Below are positions 1-16,511 of a stretch of 64,000 bases of DNA, in pieces. The notes under the pieces are model-generated. The model made no database searches and was not told where the DNA came from. It worked only from the letters and a program-made list of their open reading frames with translations. A program made the translations under genes and the position numbers. Origin of the DNA: the human T2T-CHM13v2.0 reference genome, Homo sapiens. The stretch is from NCBI RefSeq assembly GCF_009914755.1, contig NC_060936.1, one strand, 5' to 3'. Every line of letters starts with the position of its first letter. Position 1 is the stretch's first letter.

Positions 1-50
1 TATTTAAAAGTTATAATTATACTATATCTTTAAAATTCTATATAAATTAC

Positions 51-389
51 AGCCATAAAAAACTGATGAGTTCAGGTCCTTTGCAGGGACATGGATGAAG
101 CTGGAAACCATCATTCTCAGCAAACTATCATAAGAACAGAAAACCAAACACTGCATGTTCTCACTCATAAGTGGGAGTAGAACAACGAGAACACATGGAC
201 ACAGGGAGGGGAACATCACACACCGGGGCCTGTTGGGGGTTGGGGGGCTAGGGGAGGGATGACATTAGGAGAAAGACCTAATGTAGGTGACAGGTTGATG
301 GGTGCAGCAAACCATCATGCCACGTGTATACCTATGTAACAAAACTGCACGTTCTGCATATGTACCCCAGAACTGAAAGTATAAAACAA
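51..389 (+). mobile_element. 5'-truncated L1PA7/8-like LINE-1 3' end
   Basis: End of ORF2 plus 3'UTR (ggggctaggggagggat...atgtaccccagaact) and short A tail. Perfect 19-bp TSD aaaattctatataaattac at 32-50 and 390-408. Confidence 0.9.
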
Positions 390-1489
390 AAAATTCTATA
401 TAAATTACTATATTAAAAAATAGCCAAAAACTTACTTTGTGCATTGCATTAAATAGCCTATGTTTTTTTCACCTGAAGTAAAGACAATACTGTAAAGCAG
501 AGATGCGTGTGTGTAAATGCTGGGGTCTGGATTTGTATTCACTTCATCCATTTCTCCCTGAGATATCCCCATGGAAAGCTTAGTCTTTTCATGCTACCAG
601 AGTGATTTGAAAATGTTTGTTCCAGGTGATACCTGCATAGAGTTTAATATTTTCAATATGTGGATTTTTGTTCTTCTTAGAATAGATATTTATGCTTAAA
701 AATGTAAAGGGTTGTCACAATGGGACTGTATGCCTACCACAGTAGAGACAGCTCCCAACAATACAGTAGAAACCCTAGATTTGTGCCTTCCCACTGACTT
801 TGACCTCAAGGCACTGAAAGATAACCATTTTGTCTAACAGTAAGTAGTAATTCAGTTTCCAGTTCAGCTAAAACCATAGCCTCACCTCAATTTTAACAGT
901 TGAAATTCTTATGTCCTCTCTGGGTCACATCTGGTCACTTTTAAAACCTCTTAAATTCAGTTACCATGGAACCAATGGATATCACATATAGTATCCTGAG
1001 GGTGAGCTGAAAAAGTAAGTCAGAAAATGCCTTTCTCTAATAGCTTCTTTTCAAAATTTTCCAAAGAACATATTATATTGAGCACAATCCATGGGACACT
1101 TTACATTTTTCTGATGATAGGTGACAGCTGTTGATTGAGATCTTACATCATGAGCTTCTACTGAAACTCAACAAACTGCATTTCAATTACCCAAAGTTTC
1201 TTTGGCCTTACACTGGTGTCACAAAAATAAATTGCTATAAAACTTTGCAATCATATACCACTAAAGGTTTTACTAGACCAAGTTGGCAGGTTATCACAGA
1301 AGCACATATTTGGATAAAGATGAATCAAAGGAATTTTGATAAGCTGCAAAATGTTAGAAAATAAAGCTAGGGAACATATTTTTATGTCCGAATCCTTTTT
1401 TTTTTTTTTAAAAAAAAGAAACTAACATTAATTAGTATTTACTTAGCACAATTCTTAGGTATAATTCTTATTACTGCATGTTTTTATTA

Positions 1490-1655
1490 ACTCATTAAGT
1501 CGTTGCCTAACTTTTTGAGAAAGATACATGTATTAACTTTCTCTTCCCTTTATAGATAAGAAAACTAAGGCACAAAACACTTAGTAAATTTCTTATATTA
1601 TTCAGATAAGTGCCAAAATCAAAATTCAAACACAGTCACTCTGGCTTCATAGGTT
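1490..1655 (-). mobile_element. Degenerate MIR SINE
   Basis: Core-like cctttatagataagaaaactaaggcac and downstream aaattcaaacacagtcactctggcttca. Confidence 0.55.
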
Positions 1656-1802
1656 TCTGCATGTAAGTATATTCATATTCAAATGAATATAGTGAGTCAT
1701 GAACAAAAAAGTTGAATTATATTAAAATTTATATATGGTGGTTATTTTGTTATGCAAAATTGGTATCTCTAAGGAACACCTCACAAACTTCCACAAACAC
1801 AA

Positions 1803-3422
1803 ATATGGAGTAAAACATGCTGTTTTGATACACGGATGCATTGTGTAATGATCGAATTGGGGCAATTAGAGTATTCATCAACTTGAACGTTTGTCATTTA
1901 TTTATATGAGAATATTAAAAACCTCTCTTCTGCCTGTTTTGAAATATATACTGCATTACTGTTAACTCTACTCATCCTACTATTCAGTAGAACATCATGG
2001 CCTATTCTTCCTACCTAACTGTAGCTTTGCACTTGTTGACAATCTCTCATCATCCTCCCTCCCCGCTCTGTTCCCTACCTCTGGTAACCACTGTTATTTT
2101 GCCTACTTCTATGAGAACAACTTTTAGATTCTACATATGAGTAAGATCATGTGGTATTTGTCTTTCTGTGCCTAGCTTATTTAATTTAACATAAATGGCC
2201 CTCAGCTTCATTCATGATGCTGCAACTGTCATAATTTCATTATTTTTATGGCTGAATAGTATTCCATTGTGTATATATACCATGGTGTTTTTTATCCACT
2301 CATTTGTGGAGGAACATCCAGGTTGTTTCCTATTTGGCTGTTGTGAATAGTGCTGCAACAAAGACAGGAGTGCAGCCATCTCTTCAACACACTGATTTTA
2401 TTTCCTTTGGATATATATCAAATTGTATGATTGCTGGATCACACTGTAGTTCTACTTTTAATTATCTGAGGAACCTCCTTACTGTTTTTCAGAATAGGTG
2501 TACTAATTTAGGTTACCACAAGAAGTACATAAAGTTCCCTTTTCTCCACATCCTTACTAACACTTGCTATCTTTTATTTTTGAATAGTAGCTATTATTAC
2601 TGGAGTAAGGTTATATCTCATTTTAATTTGATTTGCATTCCCCTGATGATTAGTGATGTTGAGCATGTTTTCCTATACCTGTTGGCCATGTGTATTTCTT
2701 CTTCAGAGAAATGTCTATTCAGGTATTTTGCTCATTAAGAAACAGGTTTTTTTGTATGTGTGTTGCTGTTGAATTATTTGACTTCCTTATATATTGAATG
2801 TTAATATTTTATCAAATGTAGAGTTTGCAAATAAATATATTCTCTCATTGTGTAGGTTGCCTCTTTTCTCTGTTGATTATTTCCTTTGATTTTTAAAATG
2901 TTTCAGTTTTATGGAATCTCATATGTGAATATTTACTTTTGTTTGCTGGAATTCAATGGAAGCACAAAAGACCCCAAATAGCCAAAACAATTTTGAGCAA
3001 AAATAACAAAACTGATGTTACCACATCACCTATCTTCAAAACATGCTACAAAGTCATAATGATGAAAACAGCATGGTACTGGAATAAAAACAGATACATA
3101 GACTAGGAGTAATATAAAGCCCACAAATAAACCCACACATCTACAGTCAATCAATTTTGACAAAGGTACCAAGCACTCACAGTGGGGAAAAGACAGCCTC
3201 TTCAAAAAACGGTGCTGGGAAAACTGTATATACACAGCAGAAGAATGAAAGTAGACCCTTATCTCTCACCATATGCAAAAAAATAACTCAGAATGGATTA
3301 AAGACCTCAATGTAAGTCTTAAAACTATCAAATCACTAGAAAAAACTAGAAGAAAGCTCCATGACACTGACTTAGGCACGGATTTTTGTTTTTGTTTTTG
3401 TTTTTGTTTTTTTTTGGATAAG
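1803..3422 (-). mobile_element. L1MA-type LINE-1 fragment with 5' inversion (minus 1803-~2948, plus ~2950-3422)
   Basis: Antisense L1MA 3'UTR/ORF2 end, followed by a sense ORF2 segment (aattcaatggaagcacaaaagacccc...gcatggtactgg...ggataag). A (TTTTTG)n expansion lies at ~3383-3415. Confidence 0.8.
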
Positions 3423-3494
3423 TAGCTTTTCCAAGTAGCAAACACCAAATGTAAAATGAGTGATTCAAATTCAATGAGAATGCAGAACTGTTAC

Positions 3495-4125
3495 AGGCTT
3501 CCACTTCATTCAAGATGGAGTAAAAAATGATCTTATTGCCTGAAACAACCTAAGAAAAGAACAAACAAACAAAAAATGTATACACAATATGCAATGAAAC
3601 AGCTTTAGGGACACCGGGCAAGAAAGGATAGTGATCCCAGAGAAATAAGAAACAATATGGTGAGTTCCACAATGTTCCAGCTCACTGCCTTAGTAGAATG
3701 TCCAGGGCATAGAAAAGAAAAGGGGAATTCAATTGAAGTTCCAAAAATGCCCTTAGTTAAAAAGACTTTGCTGAGAGTACTCTCAGCTCAGGGGAGAGAA
3801 CTGCATCTACAACAACACAAATGAATCTCAAAGTAATTATGTGGAATGAAAGAAGCCAGATAAAAAGTGTATGTGGTGTATAATTCCACTTGTATAAAAC
3901 TAGAAAATGCAAACTCATTTGTACTGATAACATATCAGTGATCACATTGTGGCAAGATTTGTAGGAAGAGATAACTCAAAGATACAAGGTAACTTTTGGA
4001 GGTGATGGGTATGTTCACTATCTTAATTTTGTTCAGTTTCACAGGTGTATAAATGTGCCAAAACATATATTGTACATTTGAAATATGTATATTTTATAGA
4101 ATTCAATTATACCTCAACAAAACTA
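3495..4125 (+). mobile_element. Old L1M (MD/ME-type) remnant: 5'-end-like piece joined to a 3' end
   Basis: gtgatcccagagaaataagaaacaa...cagctcactgcct resembles an L1M 5' region. 3805-4125 resembles an L1MD/ME 3' end (atgaatctcaaagtaattatg...caattatacctcaacaaa). Confidence 0.6.
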
Positions 4126-4490
4126 AGAAATTGCTGATTTGGGCATAATGTTTTGGAAAGTTGAGTTTTGTGGTTGGCCTCCATGGAATGATGGCACTTA
4201 GTAAAAAAAATGAAATAAAAGGCCAGCCTTTCTTTGATGAATACTCTAAATACCAGGGAAGTAAGCTAAGGGTTTTGGGAGGACTGTAACTTGATGCCTT
4301 TGGCTTGAATATTGGTTAATTTGGGTCATTGTGAGAGTACTGAGGTAGTTTGAGGCTAAATATTATTATGGGTTAAGTGTAATTATTTACAAAGACATTG
4401 TATTTTTTCCTATTGCCACAAAAGTAGTGGAATAATACAATGCAAATTTATTATTTTGTGGTTTCCATAGATCTGGAGCCCAGGTATGGA

Positions 4491-5006
4491 TGTATTAATT
4501 TCCTATTACCACTGTAACAAATAACCACAAACTTAGTTGCTTAAAACAACACAAATCTATCCTCTTATATTTCTGGAGATCAGAAGTCTAAAATCAGTTT
4601 TATTAAGTTGAGTTAAAGATATCAGGAGTCAAGCTGGTCAGGAGAAGGCTGGTTCCTTTCGGATGCTCTCATGGGAGAATTAATTTTCTTGACTTTTTAG
4701 TGGTAACTTCTAGTGGCCACCTGTATTCCTTGGCTTGTGGCTACTTCCTCCATTTTTAGAGTGCATCCCTCCAACCTCTGCTTCCATCTTCATATTGATG
4801 GCTATTCTCTTGAACTTTTTGCTTCTCTTTCTTAAGGACCTTTGTGATAGAATCTAGTGCCCCACAAAATAATTCAAAATAATATATCTTCCTAAAATTC
4901 TTAAAATACCTCTGCAAAGTCTCTGTGGCATATAGAATAATATTCATAGTTTCTTGGGATTAGGACATGTTATCTTTGTCAGGGGGGCATTATTTAGCCT
5001 GCCACA
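4491..5006 (-). mobile_element. MLT1C/D-like solo LTR
   Basis: TG...CA termini (tgtatt...gcctgccaca) and accacaaacttagttgcttaaaacaacacaaat. TSD atgga/atggg (4 of 5 match) at 4486-4490 and 5007-5011. Confidence 0.8.
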
Positions 5007-5074
5007 ATGGGTTAGCTGAGTCCTCTGCTCAGGGTCTTAACAGGCTGAAATAATGGTGAGGGATAGGCTGCACT

Positions 5075-5369
5075 TTTTTTTTTTTTCTTAGACAGGGTCT
5101 TGCTTTGTTGCCCAGGCTGGAGTGCAGTGGCATGATCATGGCTCACTGCAGTCTTAACCCCCTGGACTTAAGCATTCCTCCCACTTCAGCCTCCCTAGTA
5201 GCTGGGACTGCAGGTATAAGCCACCACACCTGCTAATTTTTGTATTTTTTGTAGACATGGGGTTTCACTATGTTTCCCAGGCTTGTCTCATACTCCTGAA
5301 CTCAAGCAATCTGCTAGCCTCAGCCTCCCAAAACTCTGGGATTACAGGAGTGAGCCACCCTGCCTGGCC
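5075..5369 (-). mobile_element. AluJ
   Basis: Antisense dimeric Alu with J-type gatcatggctcactgcag. TSD aggct(g/a)cact at 5065-5074 and 5373-5382. Confidence 0.9.
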
Positions 5370-7161
5370 CTAAGGCTACACTCTTATATGGGGCTTAGGG
5401 TCCTTTTCCAAACTCATTCATGTAGTTGACAGAATTAAGACTATGCAACTGAGGTCTCATTTCTTACTGGCTGTGGGGTGAGAAAGCCACTGTTCATTGT
5501 TAGAAGCTGTCTTCAGGACCAGGTAATATGGCTCTCTCACATAGCCACTCAAACTTTCAGACCAACAAGGGACAATTTCTCGCATCATTATGCTGGTATC
5601 TTAAATAACCTTAATTCTGTGTCCCTCAGCATTTTCCCCTGGTTAAGTAAGCAATGAAAAACCCATTGAATATTTTCATTACATGTTTTAAGAAAAAGCA
5701 GAAGCCCTTTGAATATATTTTTGACATTTCAAAACATTTTGTCCTATTTTAAAGGCTCTACTTATCACTTGTTAACAAATAATAAACACATTTTGAAAGT
5801 AGAGAAACATGTCATCATAAAGCAGTAGCAGGTTCAAAACAGACAAATAAAAGAGCCATATTGATGATGCTCAATGCTCCATTCTGCCATTTTCAAATGA
5901 AAAGCAAATACAAGAAACTCTAGTCTACAGGTGTTCAATATAAATCAGATATCACGTTATGACACATGTTTCTGTTCTCCATGGGATTTATGCTTCTTCA
6001 AGACATTTTGTTACAAAATGTACCTTATTGCATTTTCTGATATTTTGAGAAGGAACAAAATCTAACACAATAAGCATATCTTAGGGCTTTGTCACTGGTG
6101 TAGAAAGAACATAATGAAGTACAAGTTCATGTTCCTGTTTTATTTTACTTGAAATCATAAAGAGAAATTATCAAGAGAAAAATGTTAAGTGTGACTCAAA
6201 ACAAATTGTATGTAAGTGACAAGCGGAATGGCAAAAGTGTGAATTATCTCTCTGGCTTATAAACAAAATTATGAATCTATTCTGCTATTCCTAATTCATT
6301 TTGCCTTTACAAGGGTATATTGAAAACTAGGTAGGGTAAAACTTCCCCCACTTTACTCCTTTCAGGTCTGCATTCATATGCAGTATTTTTTTTCATGTTA
6401 CTGCAACCGTACCTAAACCTATGTATACTGTGGAATACAGTGCTCATTTGATATCATATTAATGTGTTTCACTGGATTTTAATTAGTTTTCTTCATTTAT
6501 ATTATGTACTCAATTTATAAACAACTAGAAAGCAGAAATCATTTTATACATCTTTGTATCACCAATGTCCATATCTATGCTTTGAATACTATACAAAAAT
6601 AATTCATAATGATTCTGTAGACAATTTCAATAAAACCAATTACAATATTGCACATTATTTTGAGCATTTTGTAATCTTTGGATTAATTTTTTATTGGTAT
6701 AGGGACAAACATACACAACTGAACTCAATAACACACACACAAATGTGTGTGTGTTGTATATGGTATAACTGCAGAATTCCTGACACATAATAGTTGTTCT
6801 ATAATTGGTAGTTAAAATTACACTTATAGATCATTTCACCTAGGATTTAGCTAAGCTCTCTATACCTAGAATACAGTTAAGAATGACATTATTAGAGGGC
6901 AGCCAAGACGGCCGAATAGGAACAGCTCCGGTCTACAGCTCCCAGCATGAGCAACGCAGAAGACGGGTGATTTCTGCATTTCCATCTGAGGTACCGGGTT
7001 CATATCACTAGGGAGTGCCAGACAGTGGGTGCGGGGCAGTGGGTGGGTGCACCGTGCATGAGCCGAAGCAGGGTGAGGCATTGCCTCACTCCAGAAGCGC
7101 AAGGGGTCAGGGAGTTCCCTTTCCTAGTCAAAGAAAGGGGTGACAGATGGCACCTGGAAAA

Positions 7162-7344
7162 TCAGGTCATTCCCACCCGAATACTGTGCTTTTCTGAGAG
7201 GCTTAAAAAACGGTGCACCAGGAGATTATATCCCGCACCTGGCTTGGAGGGTCCTATGCCCACGGAGTCTCGCTGATTGCTAGCACAGCAGTCTGAGATC
7301 AAACTGCAAGGCGGCAGCGAGGCTGGGGGAGGGATGCCCGCCAT
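7162..7344 (-). pseudogene. L1 ORF0 (primate antisense ORF), truncated to 60 aa
   Basis: MAGIPPPASLPPCSLISDCCASNQRDSVG... matches L1 ORF0. A TGA follows RVGMT, where the ~71-aa consensus continues. Confidence 0.85.
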
Positions 7345-7927
7345 TGCCCAGGCTTGATTAGGTAAACAAAGCAGCTGGGAAGCTCGAACTGGGTGGAGCC
7401 CACCACAGCTCAAGGAGGCCTGCCGGCCTCTGTAGGCTCCACCTCTGGGGGCAGGGCACAGACAAACAAAAAGACAGCAGTAACCTCTGCAGACTTAAAT
7501 GTCCCTGTCTGACAGCTTTGAAGAGAGCAGTGGTTCTCCCAGCACGCAGCTGGAGATCTGAGAACGGGCAGACTGCCTCCTCAAGTGGGTCCCTGACCCC
7601 TGACCCTTGAGCAGCCTAACTGGGAGGCACCCCCCAGTAGGGGCAGACTGACACCTCACACGGCCGGGTACTCCTCTGAGACAAAACTTCCAGAGGAACA
7701 ATCAGACAGCAGCATTCGCAGTTCAGGAAAATCCGCTGTTCTGCAGCCACCACTGCTGATACCCAGGCAAACAGGGTCTGGAGTGGACCTCTAGCAAACT
7801 CCAACAGACATGCAGCTGACGGTCCTGTCTGTTAGAAGGAAAACTAACAAACAGAAAGGACATCCACACCAAAAACCCATCTGTACATCACCATCATCAA
7901 AGACCAAAAGTAGATAAAACCACAAAG

Positions 7928-8945
7928 ATGGGGAAAAAACAGAGCAGAAAAACTGGAAACTCTAAAAAGCAGAGCGCCTCTCCTACTCCAAAGGAACGCA
8001 GTTCCTCACCAGCAATGGAACAAAGCTGGACGGAGAATGACTTTGACAAGTTGAGAGAAGAAGGCTTCAGATGATCAAACTACTCTGAGCTACAGGAAGA
8101 AATTCAAACCAAAGGCAAAGAAGTTAAAAACTTTAAAAAAAAATTAGACGAATGTATAACTAGAATAACCAATACAGAGAAGTGCTTAAAGGAGCTGATG
8201 GAGCTGAAAGCCAAGGCTCGAGAACTACGTGAAGAATGCAGAAGCCTCAGGAGCTAATGCAATCAACTGGAAGAAAGGGTACCAGTGATGTAAGATCAAA
8301 TGAATGAAATGAAGCGAGAAGGGAAGTGTAGAGAAAAAAGAATAAAAAGAAATGAACAAAGCCTCCAAGAAATATGGGACTATGTGAAAAGACCAAATCT
8401 ACGTCTGATTTGTGTACCTGAAAGTGACGGGTAGAATGGAACCAAGTTGGAAAACACTCTGCAGGATATTATCCAGAAGAAATTCCCCAATCCAGCAAGG
8501 CAGGCCAACATTCAGAATCAGGAAATATAGAGAACGCCACAAAGATACCCCTTGAGAAGAGCAACTCCAAGACACATAATTGTCAGATTCACCAAAGTTG
8601 AAATGAAGGAAAAAATGTAAAGGGCAGCCAGAGAGAAAGGTCGGGTTACCCACAAAGAGAAGCCCATCAGACTAACAGCAGATCTCTCGGCAGAAACTCT
8701 ACAAGCCAGAAGAGAGTGGGGGCCAATATTCAACATTCTTAAAGAAAAGAATATTCAACCCAGAATTTCATATCCAGCCAAACTAAGCTTCATAAATGAA
8801 GGAGAAATAAAATACTTTACAGACAAGCAAATGCTGAGAGATTTTTGTCACCACCAGGCCTGCCCTAAAAGAGCTCCTGAAGGAAGCAATAAACATGGAA
8901 AGGAACAACTGGTACCAGCTGCTGCAAAATCATGCCAAAATGTAA
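7928..8945 (+). pseudogene. L1 ORF1p (RNA-binding protein), disrupted
   Basis: atggggaaaaaacagagc start and catgccaaaatgtaa end. The span is 1018 nt (not a multiple of 3), has internal stops, and gives no long plus-strand ORF in the track. Confidence 0.9.
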
Positions 8946-9008
8946 AGACCATCAAGACTAGGAAGAAACTGCATCAACTAATGAGTAAAATAACCAGCTA
9001 ACATCATA

Positions 9009-12832
<3,824 letters not shown>

Positions 12833-13913
12833 ACAGTGAGAACACATGGACACAGGAAGGGGAACATCACACTCTGGGGACTGTTGTGGTGTGGAGTGGG
12901 GGAGGGATAGCATTAGGAGATATACCTAATGCTAAATGACAAGTTAATGGGTGCAGCACACCAGCATGGCACACGTATACATATGTAACTAACCTGCATA
13001 TTGTGCACATGTACCCTAAAACTGAAAGTATAATAATAATAAAATAAAAAAAGAATGACATTATTAGCTTTATTCCATTAAAAATTTTATAATCAAAAGA
13101 TTAGTATATGATGTTAATTCTTATGATCTGATGAGGATGATTTAGCCTATATTCAGAAACAGAGACTATTTTTTTTCATAGAACGTTAGTATTCTATGAA
13201 CAATTAGGTGGAAAAAGCAGTTTTAATATAAATATCCATTTATGGTGGCAACAATAGTGTAGATATGGAGCAGTGACTGTATTTATATACCTGGTCTACC
13301 AAATTTATATGAATGCAGACTTTAAACTGTTTGAAAATATATGTATTATTTATATTAATCTTTTTATTTCCCAGTGTTAGTACAATACTAGAGAGTAGTG
13401 ACTACTAAATATTATCTAATCAATACCATTCTGTTGTTTGCATTTTGTTAAATAATCAAATGTTTCAAGAAACATTATATAATGGTTTCCCATGATTTCT
13501 GCTTTATATATATTTTAGGCCTCTCAAAACATATTAAATATTATACATGATCCATAGAAGTAGAATTGCAGAAGGAAGTTAAAAGACAATTTAAAAATAA
13601 TTGTTGGCTGTGTTTTTGCATAGATAATGTAGTAATCATAGAAAATGGTAATGAATTTCAGATGATTCAGGAATATATGTTAAACACCATAAGCATCAAC
13701 TTATGTATGAATTCTTTCAATATGAGGACCAAAGTTTTATTCTTGAATATAGTTAATAATCTTAATCTTCCCTATTTGAAATTTAGGTGTCAAATTAGAA
13801 AAAGGGAAAAAATAATAATTTTGGAATTAAGTGTATAAATTTTAAGTTGTTTTTCTAGAAATCTTTAGTTATAAGATATATTATTATAAATATGACATGA
13901 GCTTGAAGGAAGG

Positions 13914-14701
13914 TGGTGTGGGTTGAATTGTGTCTCCTTCCCCAAACTCATATGTTGAGTTCATAACTGTCAATACCTCAGAATGTAATTGTATTTGGAG
14001 ATAGGGTCTTTACAGAGATCATTAAGTTAAAATGAGGTCATTAGGGTGAGTCCTAATTCAATATGACTGGTGTCCTTATAAGAAGAGGTAATTCAGGTAC
14101 AGATCTATAGAGAGATGATATGAAGACATGGAGATAAGACAGCCATATTCAAGCTAAGGAAAGAGGCCTGGAACATATCCTTTCCTCATGGGCCTCTGAA
14201 TAAACCATCCCTGTCACCACCATGATCTCAGACTCCTAGCCTACAGAATTGTACACAAATTTCTGATGTTTAAGCCACTCATTCTGAGGCACTTTGTCAA
14301 AGCAACCCTAGCCAAACTAATACAGATTTTGGTACTGAGAAGTGGGGTGCTACTATAACACACATTGAAAAATATGAAAGTGGCTTTGGAATTGGGTTTT
14401 ATGTAGAGGCTGGAAGAGTTGTAAAATGTATGTTACAAAGAGTCTAGATTTCCTTGGAAAGATTGATGGTAGAAATATGGTCATTGAAGGAATCTCTGGT
14501 AAGGACTCAGAAAAAAAAAGATAGCTGTAGAAAAAGTCTCTATCCTCTTAAAAAATATATATGTCATTGTGTACAGAATGTAAGTAAGGATGGGCATGGT
14601 GGTTGATGCCTGTAATCCCAGACTTTGGGAGGCCAAGGTGGGAGGATTACTTGAAGCCAGGAGTTTGAGACCAACTTGTTTATGTAAAAAAAAGTACATA
14701 A

Positions 14702-14740
<39 letters not shown>

Positions 14741-16511
14741 TGTGTATGAATATTGGTAGAATGTTAAAGATGCTTTGGTAAGGTATTAGAGGGAAAAGAG
14801 AAACATTACTGAAACTGGAGGAAAAACGACCTTTGTTATACAGTAATGCAAAGTTTAGCCAAATTGTGTTCTAGTGTTTTGTGGAAAATAGAACTTTTAT
14901 AAATTTGGATATTTAGCTGATAAGATTTGTATTTTTTATAAAAAGTATTGATAGTATTCCTTCTCCTTGTTGCTTATGGCAAAATACTAAAGGAGAGAGA
15001 TAAGTGGAAGAAAGAATTGCTAAACAAAAAGGAAGCAGTATCTGAAGATATGGAAAATCCTCAGCATATCCATACTGCAAAAAATCAGAAAACCTGTTCT
15101 GGAGGAAACATCAAGGTTGTGGCTGAATGACCATTTGCTAAAGAGATTGTATGTATGGCTCATGGGTCTATTCAACCATCTCACCAGAAGCTGGGATTGA
15201 AGATGTGGTTATCCAGGAAAGATCTGTGAAGGATCCTCCTGGACTGTCCTCATGTTTGATGGCTTGGACGTCTGTGAATTGCATGGTAGGCCAGAAAAGT
15301 TTTTTGAGAATTCGATACATGCTGAAACACACCCAGCTTGTACTGAAGAAAATAAAGATGAAACAAAATAAACGGATGGAACAAAATTCTACAGGAGGGA
15401 AAAGCAGATTAATTGGCTGTGAATGTGCATTATCCCTTAATAAAAAGATTGAATGACCTTGCAGGCAGTGCAGAAGTTGGCATTTCTGCCACTACAACAG
15501 GCCCGCGAGTAGGTTTGTCTCCTCCTTGGTTCTAAATGGCAAGGCCTCCTCTAAAGTTTCAAAGGAACAGGCCATTGCCACCTAAGGCTGAGGAGATGAG
15601 GCTGCCACCCTGAGGGGGCCCAAAGAATAGGACTGCTACCATGATGGTCCCAGAGGACTTAAGATTTGGCTCCAGAGCAGTCAAAGAGGATAATTTTTAA
15701 GATTTAAAATCTGATAGAATTTTCCCTACTAGCTTTTGGACTTGCTTGGAATGCATAACCTCTTTATTTCTGTTTTCTTCCTTTTGAAATTGAAACGTAT
15801 ATCCAATTCCTATCCCACCATTGTATTTTCAAAGAAGACAACTTGTCTGGTTTCACAAGTTCACAGCTGGAGAGTAATTTTGCCTCAGGATGAATCATAC
15901 CTGGAGTCTCACCCACACGTGGATCAAATGGCATTTAAATGAGATTTGTGACTTAGAGTTGATTCTGGAATGAGTTAAGACTAGGGGCTGCTGGGATGGG
16001 GTGAATGTATTTTGCATGTGAGAAAGGCATACATTTGTGGGGGGCAGAGCATGACATGCTGTGGGCTGGGCTGAATTATTTCCCCCTTCCAATTCATATA
16101 TTGCAGGCTTAATCCCTAGTACCACAGAATGTGACTATATTTGATGGTCACTTTACAGATATAATTAAGTTAAAATGAGTTACTTGGGGTAGGTCTTAAT
16201 CCAACATGACTGATGTCTTAAAATGAGCTCATTAAAGTAGGACCTAGTCCACTATGACTGGTGTCCTTATTAGAAGAGTAAATGTAGACATACCAACATC
16301 TACAGAGGGAAGAGGATATGAAAACACAGGGAGAAGATAGCCACCTGTAAGCCAGGGAAAAAGCCTCCCCTTTTGGCCCTCAGAAAGAACCTACCCTGTT
16401 GACACCTTGATCTTGAACTTACAACCCTCAAAAATGTGAGAAAATAAATTTATACTTTTAAAGCCACTGGTCTGGGATACTTTGTTATGGCAACCCTAGC
16501 AAACTAATATA
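13914..16511 (+). mobile_element. Complete MLT1B MaLR element: 5'LTR 13914-14324, internal region, 3'LTR 16057-16511
   Basis: Two MLT1B-like LTRs end in aaactaataca and aaactaatata. The internal region starts gattttggtactgagaagtggggtgct. Perfect TSD gaagg at 13909-13913 and 16512-16516. Confidence 0.88.
14588..14693 (+). mobile_element. FLAM / Alu left monomer inside the MLT1 internal region
   Basis: gggcatggtggttgatgcctgtaatcccag...ggaggattacttgaagccaggagtttgagacc, followed by (TG)n at ~14709-14746. Confidence 0.8.

Larger units (their letters stand above)
4399..5560 (-). mobile_element. Old MLT1F/G-like MaLR LTR, interrupted by MLT1D and AluJ
   Basis: ttagctgagtcctctgctcagggtctt...ggctgaaat and ccaaactcattcatgtagttgacagaatt motifs continue across both insertions. 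Confidence 0.6.

Noticed and set aside
14948-15456. ORFs within the MLT1 internal region as a domesticated gag-like gene
   Set aside because: Short, broken frames consistent with neutral decay of the MaLR internal ORF.
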